NCBI GenBank assembly: GCA_002733485.1
Contig: NVVU01000004.1
Location: 26,836-76,432 of the forward strand
Source of the DNA: Robiginitomaculum sp.
GTDB lineage: Bacteria; Pseudomonadota; Alphaproteobacteria; Caulobacterales; Maricaulaceae
DNA length: 49,597 nucleotides
Direction: 5' to 3'
The notes under the pieces are model-generated. The model searched no databases, was not told the DNA's origin, and worked only from the letters and a program-made list of their open reading frames with translations. A program made the translations under genes and the position numbers. This document shows, piece after piece, positions 44,617 through 49,597 of this stretch (the stretch's first letter is position 1; each line of letters starts with the position of its first letter).

Positions 44617-44793
44617 GGCCTGCCCCCCTCCAAATTCATTGCCATACGTCTTAAGTTCACAAAAGGCGGTGTCTGCGGCGCGCGTCAGGGGCACAATACC
44701 CGGCGACCGTATCGTCTCCTGAGGGAGCGTCCTCTGATTGAGATCGTGGTCTCTTTTATGCTGCGCCCACCTGAACTATTGGGTCATCAGGGC
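44617..44793 (+). ncRNA. ssrS: probable 6S RNA
   Basis: A 237-bp non-coding gap lies between zapA and the 5-formyl-THF cyclo-ligase gene, the conserved ssrS locus. The ends can pair (CCTGCCC with GGGCA/CAGG). CCAA/TTGG, TTCA/TGAA and GGTG..GCGC/GCGC..CACC segments flank unpaired regions. An apical hairpin GACCGTATCGTCTC...GAGATCGTGGTC is present. Boundaries are approximate. Confidence 0.55.
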
Positions 44794-44828
44794 ATTCTCG
44801 CCCCAACGGTGTTTGTGGAGCCGCCACT

Positions 44829-45425
44829 ATGTCTTTTTTTAATTCCAGTAACGAAAAAGCTGATTTACGCGCGCGAATGAAGCGCAAACGGGTCACCTTG
44901 CAGTCCTTGTACCCGCGTTCCGGTACACAGCTTTCAGCGCGTTTTCCCGCTGAATTGCTAACCCGGCCCGGTCTTGCTATTTCAGGCTATATCCCGATCC
45001 AGAGCGAGATTGACCCAACCGCCTTAATGGAAAAGCTGAAATCACGGGGTGCACAATTATGCCTGCCCGTTATGGGTAAAGACAATGCGCCGCTGAGCTT
45101 TCGTGCCTGGAGCCCGGGTGATGAGTTGAACATTTGCGACTTCGATGTGGAAGAGCCTTTGCCCACCGCCAAACCCATGACCCCGGATATTGTGCTGTTG
45201 CCTTTGCTGGCCTTTGATAAAAAAGGCCGACGGCTTGGCTATGGCGGCGGATTTTTTGATCGTACCCTAAAAGCACTACGCAACGCGGACCCCCATGTCT
45301 GTGCCGTTGGTATTGGCTATGCCGCCCAGCAATTGCCCAAAGTGCCCACCGACGGTGGTGATCAAAGCCTAGACTGGGTGCTGACGGAAACCGGGGCCAT
45401 CAGCATGACCGGCAAAACGCCCTAA
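44829..45425 (+). CDS. 5-formyltetrahydrofolate cyclo-ligase
   Basis: 198 aa. The C-terminal motif LAFDKKGRRLGYGGGFFDR is characteristic. Its position after zapA and the 6S locus fits. Confidence 0.88.
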   Translation: MSFFNSSNEKADLRARMKRKRVTLQSLYPRSGTQLSARFPAELLTRPGLAISGYIPIQSEIDPTALMEKLKSRGAQLCLPVMGKDNAPLSFRAWSPGDELNICDFDVEEPLPTAKPMTPDIVLLPLLAFDKKGRRLGYGGGFFDRTLKALRNADPHVCAVGIGYAAQQLPKVPTDGGDQSLDWVLTETGAISMTGKTP

Positions 45426-46147
45426 TCGGCCTGCGTCAGATCATTATCATTGCTGGCACAAAGGCGCTTCATGCCTGCTTTGCCAAAGACTTTCTTTAAC
45501 GGCATACCGTGCACCACCCGGCGATAAAACGGGGCGTCATTGATCTTGACCCAAGCGGTCAGGCGGATTTTCTTGCGGCCCTGGCAATATTTCTCTTTGC
45601 CTTGCGGTGCGAGTGAAAACTGCCAGTTTATGGTCAGATCACCACTGGCCGCTTCATCATCGGCCACGGCGCGCTCTATCCCATCCTCTGAGGCTTTATC
45701 AGCGTCGCCTACCGTGTCATTGCCCGGCTCCACCCATTGATGGTTTTTATCTTTTTTCGCCAGTTTGGCCTGCACGGCATTGGCGCGTGCATAATCGGCC
45801 TTGGCCAGACGGATCACCAGCGGCTTTGCGCCAAGGGCTTCGACATCAATCCCGTCCAGCGCTTCGCCGTCTTTGACCACTTCCAGCGCAAAGACTTCCT
45901 CTTGTAACACTTCACCATCGCGGGTTATCCGCAAGGTGACGTCAACATTGGGGGCATAGTCTACATCAGACGGGACCAGCACCGCCGCCCGGCTGGTGAC
46001 CAGATCAACGCTGTAAGGATCCAGCTTTCTCAAAGACAGGACGGTGCCAATATCCAGATAGAGACAGGCCGAAAGGAACACTGGCAAGACCAGTATAGCG
46101 ATTTGCCGAAAGGTTTTTAAACCAGACCGATTACCCACTTTACGCAT
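45422..46147 (-). CDS. hypothetical lipoprotein
   Basis: Signal peptide with lipobox VFLSAC. No recognisable domain. The stop overlaps the convergent 5-FCL stop by 4 nt. Confidence 0.65.
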   Translation of the reverse strand: MRKVGNRSGLKTFRQIAILVLPVFLSACLYLDIGTVLSLRKLDPYSVDLVTSRAAVLVPSDVDYAPNVDVTLRITRDGEVLQEEVFALEVVKDGEALDGIDVEALGAKPLVIRLAKADYARANAVQAKLAKKDKNHQWVEPGNDTVGDADKASEDGIERAVADDEAASGDLTINWQFSLAPQGKEKYCQGRKKIRLTAWVKINDAPFYRRVVHGMPLKKVFGKAGMKRLCASNDNDLTQAD

Positions 46148-46192
46148 TTCACTTGGTTAAAATCGTAATATGGTGATTTAAAGGCACAAAGC

Positions 46193-47176
46193 TTACCGAT
46201 TGACCACGCTCATATCCCCATAGCGATCGCCTTTGACCTTGGCCGAGAGGATCGATAGCTGTGCCAGATCATCCTGATCAAGCACCACAGATCGCGCCTT
46301 CATATTACTGGTCAGGTTTGAAGCTTTGGTGGTGCCCGGAATGCTGAGCACATGTTCGCCTTGCGCTAAAACCCAGGCCAGCGCAATTTGCGCCGGATGG
46401 GCGTCGTGGCGCACCGCAATGGCTTTAACTACATCAACCAGCGCCAGATTGTCCGCATAATTATCGCCGGCAAAGCGTGGCTGTGTGTGGCGATAGTCTG
46501 ACGCGCTCAGCCCTTTGTCCTCGCGGCTATATTGCCCGGTCAACATGCCCCGCCCCAACGGCGAATAGGCCACCAAAGAGACGCCAAGCTCCTGACAGGC
46601 AGGTATAATTTCATCCTCTATATCACGGCTAAAGAGCGAGTATTCTGACTGCACCGCCGCCACAGGGTGCACGGCACAGGCGCGGCGCAGGGTTTGCGCC
46701 GAACATTCAGACAGGCCAATGGCGCGAATTTTTCCCTCAGACACCAATTCCAGCAAGCCCTCCATTGTCTCTTCAATGGGGGTATTTGGGTCCATGCGGT
46801 GCTGATAATAAAGATCGATGCTGTCCACACCCAGCGCGCGCAATGAGCCTTCGCATGAAGCGCGCATACTGGCCTTTGAGCCATCCAGGCCCGTCACCGC
46901 GCCGGTCTTGCGATCCCGGCCAATACCAAATTTACTGGCAATCACCACCTTATCACGCGTTCCCTTCAAGGCTTTGCCGAGCAGTTTCTCATTGGCCCCC
47001 ATGCCATACATTTCAGCGGTATCGAAATGATCGACCCCCAGCTCTATTGCCTTGTGTATGGTGGCGATCGCCTCGGCTTCCTCAGTGGGCTTGCCGTAAA
47101 ACTCTGAAAACCCCATACAGCCCAGACCGATGGGATGCACGTTAAGGGCGCTTTGGCCGATAGATCGTTTTTGCAT
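46193..47176 (-). CDS. aldo/keto reductase
   Basis: GLGCMGFSEFYG, DTAEMYG and YSPLGRG motifs. GGAGAAAG SD before the ATG. Confidence 0.9.
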   Translation of the reverse strand: MQKRSIGQSALNVHPIGLGCMGFSEFYGKPTEEAEAIATIHKAIELGVDHFDTAEMYGMGANEKLLGKALKGTRDKVVIASKFGIGRDRKTGAVTGLDGSKASMRASCEGSLRALGVDSIDLYYQHRMDPNTPIEETMEGLLELVSEGKIRAIGLSECSAQTLRRACAVHPVAAVQSEYSLFSRDIEDEIIPACQELGVSLVAYSPLGRGMLTGQYSREDKGLSASDYRHTQPRFAGDNYADNLALVDVVKAIAVRHDAHPAQIALAWVLAQGEHVLSIPGTTKASNLTSNMKARSVVLDQDDLAQLSILSAKVKGDRYGDMSVVNR

Positions 47177-47271
47177 GTTCTTTCTCCACTTTGATTATTT
47201 TTGCTTTGTTAGTTTCACGCTGAGCATTTCTCTTTGATAATTGCACTTTGATCATGTCTTTGGCTGAAATT

Positions 47272-47281
47272 GCTCACTCAG
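47272..47281. promoter_or_regulatory. half-site copy of the TGAGTGAGCA motif (reverse orientation)
   Basis: TGCTCACTCA is the reverse complement of TGAGTGAGCA. It lies in the TetR-AKR intergenic gap. Confidence 0.3.
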
Positions 47282-47319
47282 AAATTCAAGACTCGAAATA
47301 TTTCCACCCCTTTAATTAA

Positions 47320-47333
47320 GTGAGCACTCACTC
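47320..47333. promoter_or_regulatory. palindromic operator candidate AGTGAG-CA-CTCACT upstream of the aldo/keto reductase gene
   Basis: Perfect 6-bp arms. It shares GTGAGCA with the palindrome at the tetR start. It lies about 145 nt upstream of the AKR ATG in an AT-rich gap. Confidence 0.5.
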
Positions 47334-47434
47334 TATTTATCTTTCCTTTGTCATTTTGCTTTCGTTTTTAGCATCTCTGGTTTCACCTCTATGGAAAATT
47401 ATGGCAAAAGGCGCTTTGCCTGTTATGCATTGCC

Positions 47435-48034
47435 TTAAGGGTCATGTGGCCTGATGGGCACAGCCCAGGAATCATAAGAGGCATCACAGGCGCTGCTAAT
47501 TTCTTCTTCATCCCATTGCCGCCCGGCAATCTCAGCGCGCAGCAAAGTCACAATGGGCGCGTAAAAAAGGCTGATCAAAAGGTCCGCCGCTATGGTTTTG
47601 AATGTGCCCGTCGTCACCCCGTCATCACGTAGGCAGGTCAGCACGGCGGCCATTTCCTTATGGCCCTGCCCGCCTTCCTTTTCCATCAAGGGTGTTTCGG
47701 CAAAGCGTAACCCAAACAGCAAGGCATCCGGGTCCGCCTGATAGGCGGCAAAGATATGACGCCAGATATGGGTAAAGCGATCATGCGGCGTGGCTTGATC
47801 GTCATAGCCTTGCATCACCGCCAGATAAGCCTCGCCCTTTATATGCCGATACAGTGCCAGCATCAGATCATCTTTATTTTTGAAATGCCGGTAAATCGAC
47901 CCTTCGGCAACCCCCGCCTCGGCGGCAATACGGGCCGTGGTCGCCCCGGCAAACCCATCACGCGCCACCAGCACCAGTGCCGCGCGCATGATCTTGTCTT
48001 TTGTGTCGGGCTTATCCATTAAATGAGTGAGCAT
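47435..48034 (-). CDS. TetR/AcrR-family transcriptional regulator
   Basis: HTH motif TTARIAAEAGVAEGSIYRHFKNKDDL. An alternative start MDKPDTKD at 48019 would place the palindrome fully upstream. Confidence 0.9.
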   Translation of the reverse strand: MLTHLMDKPDTKDKIMRAALVLVARDGFAGATTARIAAEAGVAEGSIYRHFKNKDDLMLALYRHIKGEAYLAVMQGYDDQATPHDRFTHIWRHIFAAYQADPDALLFGLRFAETPLMEKEGGQGHKEMAAVLTCLRDDGVTTGTFKTIAADLLISLFYAPIVTLLRAEIAGRQWDEEEISSACDASYDSWAVPIRPHDP

Positions 48035-48041
48035 TCACTCA
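48024..48041. promoter_or_regulatory. palindromic operator candidate TGAGTG-AGCATT-CACTCA at the tetR 5' end
   Basis: Perfect 6-bp arms overlapping the first annotated start codon of the TetR gene. The motif TGAGTGAGCA recurs twice in the downstream gap. Confidence 0.5.
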
Positions 48042-48233
48042 ATATAGAGAAATGAACATTGATCGCAAGTAAAACCTGCAAACTAATTTTATCACAAAGA
48101 TTTACCAGACCTGATGGGCGTTGGGTTGGACTTATAATTCCTGTCTTCTGAATGCTGTCATCGATGAATTCCCAAAAATCGTCGCTAATCAAGATCGGGC
48201 AATTTACCTACCCGTTCCTAAAGCCGGTTTAAG

Positions 48234-48791
48234 TCATGGATGATTGCTCATAGCGTCTATTTTGGGCGCATCAGGCGATAATTCAGGCGGCTTTTGACTG
48301 ACGGCAAGCGAAGGGTGATCGGGATAGAGTTCTTCAAACCGATTGTGCACATAGTTGACAAAATCGTCAGAAACCATCTGCATGCGAACCATGCGTTTCC
48401 ATTCATGTGCAAATACCGGCGCCGTGAGATACCAGGAGGTATTGCTCTCGTAAGCCTGCATCACCCGCTCATCGATCAAACCGTCAGCAAAAGACAGAAA
48501 TGCTGTTCTATGAACATGCATTGACGCATTAAAAAACGTAAGTATCTGCGTTAGTTCCACGGGGGTCAGTTCGGTGGCTTCAAACATAACCTTTCGAAAG
48601 GCCGCCGCAAGTTCGGGATGACGCATTAACTCGCTTATCGTGTCGCCAAAGAACCGCATCGTCCGTTCGCTCATATCCGCCCGCGCCAGTCGGTTTGCCT
48701 GTCTTGACTGGTAGAGAAGCGCAATCAGGGTCGCAATAATGATGACCACCGCCACCGTCTGGCCGATATAATAAATGCTTTCCAGCGTCAT
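48234..48791 (-). CDS. hypothetical single-pass membrane protein, paralogue 3 of a tandem array
   Basis: 185 aa. MTLESIYYIGQTVAVVIIIATLIALLYQSRQ forms a TM anchor, followed by a helical domain. ATGA overlap with the upstream paralogue. Confidence 0.7.
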   Translation of the reverse strand: MTLESIYYIGQTVAVVIIIATLIALLYQSRQANRLARADMSERTMRFFGDTISELMRHPELAAAFRKVMFEATELTPVELTQILTFFNASMHVHRTAFLSFADGLIDERVMQAYESNTSWYLTAPVFAHEWKRMVRMQMVSDDFVNYVHNRFEELYPDHPSLAVSQKPPELSPDAPKIDAMSNHP

Positions 48792-49315
48792 AACTTTGAA
48801 TTTTCCACCGGAGCGAATTGGGGCATAAACTCGTAGATAGGGGGCGTCACGCCGCCCAGTTCCGTCAGGCGCTGATCAAGGCGCGCAACCAGATCAACGC
48901 CCATAACTTTTCTCGTATGCGCCCACCATTGCGCCCCGCCGGGCGTGGTGATGATCCCCAACGCACCTAATTCAAAGCCATTGTAAGAGGAAGCTGTGAT
49001 CAGTTCATCCCTTTTCATGTAAACGCACTGTTCCATGATGACCAAAAATACCCAGGCCCAGTTACCGAAATTGCTTTTGGTTTCATGCGGTGCACTGTCA
49101 AACTCCATCAATCCATGGCGAACGTCCTTTAGAACTTTTGGGTTGTCGAATGTCAGGAGCAGAAATTCTGAGGCGCTTTTGAGAAGCTCACGCTGGCTGC
49201 TGGCCCGCGCAATCACCTGGCCCTGTCGCTGCTGGAAGTAAAGCGCCACCAGGGATGCCAGGATCGCCAATACCGCCACGGTTTGGCCAATATAATAAAT
49301 GCTCTCAAGTGTCAT
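48788..49315 (-). CDS. hypothetical single-pass membrane protein, paralogue 2 of a tandem array
   Basis: 175 aa. Its first 15 residues are identical to the downstream paralogue (MTLESIYYIGQTVAV) and it has the same architecture. ATGA overlap at both ends. Confidence 0.7.
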   Translation of the reverse strand: MTLESIYYIGQTVAVLAILASLVALYFQQRQGQVIARASSQRELLKSASEFLLLTFDNPKVLKDVRHGLMEFDSAPHETKSNFGNWAWVFLVIMEQCVYMKRDELITASSYNGFELGALGIITTPGGAQWWAHTRKVMGVDLVARLDQRLTELGGVTPPIYEFMPQFAPVENSKL

Positions 49316-49597
49316 GATGCCTTACCTTGGAGTTGAGAGACCGGGTTGAGCGAGGATTCGGCCAAAATGCGATCTATTTCGGCGACAAAATCTGGTCCAT
49401 AGGTTCCTTTGTTGCGCTCCCACCATCGGCGAAATTTTGGCCCGTCCCAGGTTGGCAAAATATAGCTCAGCCCGACATAGGTTTCCGTCTCGATCAGATT
49501 TCGGCAATGCAGCCTGTAGGCTTTTTCATATATGCTCATTAGCTTGTAGATGAGGTAATAGGCTTGAACCTGTTCTTCGTCAGACAATGTTTTGTCG
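49312..49597 (-). CDS. hypothetical protein, paralogue 1 (C-terminal part; frame open to the right window edge)
   Basis: Its C-terminal pattern PKFRRWWERNKGTYGPDFVAEIDRIL aligns with PVFAHEWKRMVRMQMVSDDFVNYVHNRF and GGAQWWAHTRKVMGVDLVARLDQRL of the other two. The TTG used by the track at 49587 would remove the expected TM anchor, so the gene probably starts outside the window. Confidence 0.6.
   Translation of the reverse strand, partial: DKTLSDEEQVQAYYLIYKLMSIYEKAYRLHCRNLIETETYVGLSYILPTWDGPKFRRWWERNKGTYGPDFVAEIDRILAESSLNPVSQLQGKAS

Noticed and set aside
1-49597. Search for prophage, IS, integrase, toxin-antitoxin or known defence genes
   Set aside because: No ORF shows transposase DDE, tyrosine or serine recombinase, nuclease-helicase defence signatures or typical small TA pairs. 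The window is essentially core chromosome with two small low-GC patches.

Overview
This window looks like chromosomal DNA from a GC-rich alphaproteobacterium. The evidence is the synteny: divergent purD/xseA, hemC-hemD-mic60-like-hemY, ffs-dnaX-ybaB, and DUF4164-zapA-6S-5FCL. It is mostly housekeeping. Left to right it holds: purD (partial), xseA, a DUF2794 gene, an ABC-2/GldG-type transporter pair, an orphan class I nrdA with an NrdR-box-like operator, putA, the hemY/mic60-like/hemD/hemC block, tsaD-gpsA, a low-GC orphan gene, nupC, a four-gene MacAB-type tripartite efflux operon, SRP RNA, dnaX-ybaB, yebC and a SulP transporter. A complete purine-catabolism cluster follows (alc, uraD, puuE divergent from uraH-xdhABC-puuD-allA-guaD). 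After it come pgk-gap, a zapA module with a probable 6S RNA, 5-formyl-THF cyclo-ligase, a lipoprotein, a TetR plus aldo/keto reductase pair, and a tandem array of unknown membrane-anchored paralogues that runs off the right edge. Two RNA genes are invisible to the ORF track: ffs, and probably ssrS. Several intergenic gaps are filled by recurring hairpin repeat modules. I found no integrase, transposase, CRISPR array, toxin-antitoxin pair or recognisable defence gene, and I do not see a convincing new multi-gene system. The best candidates for something undescribed are the translationally coupled paralogue array (48234-49597), the low-GC single-gene insertion (18173-18871), and the repeat-dense gap at 40886-41525, which lies between two convergent genes and so needs no promoter; it contains a helically phased A/T-run + G-run array. 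All product calls come from motif recognition and synteny by eye. No searches were run.
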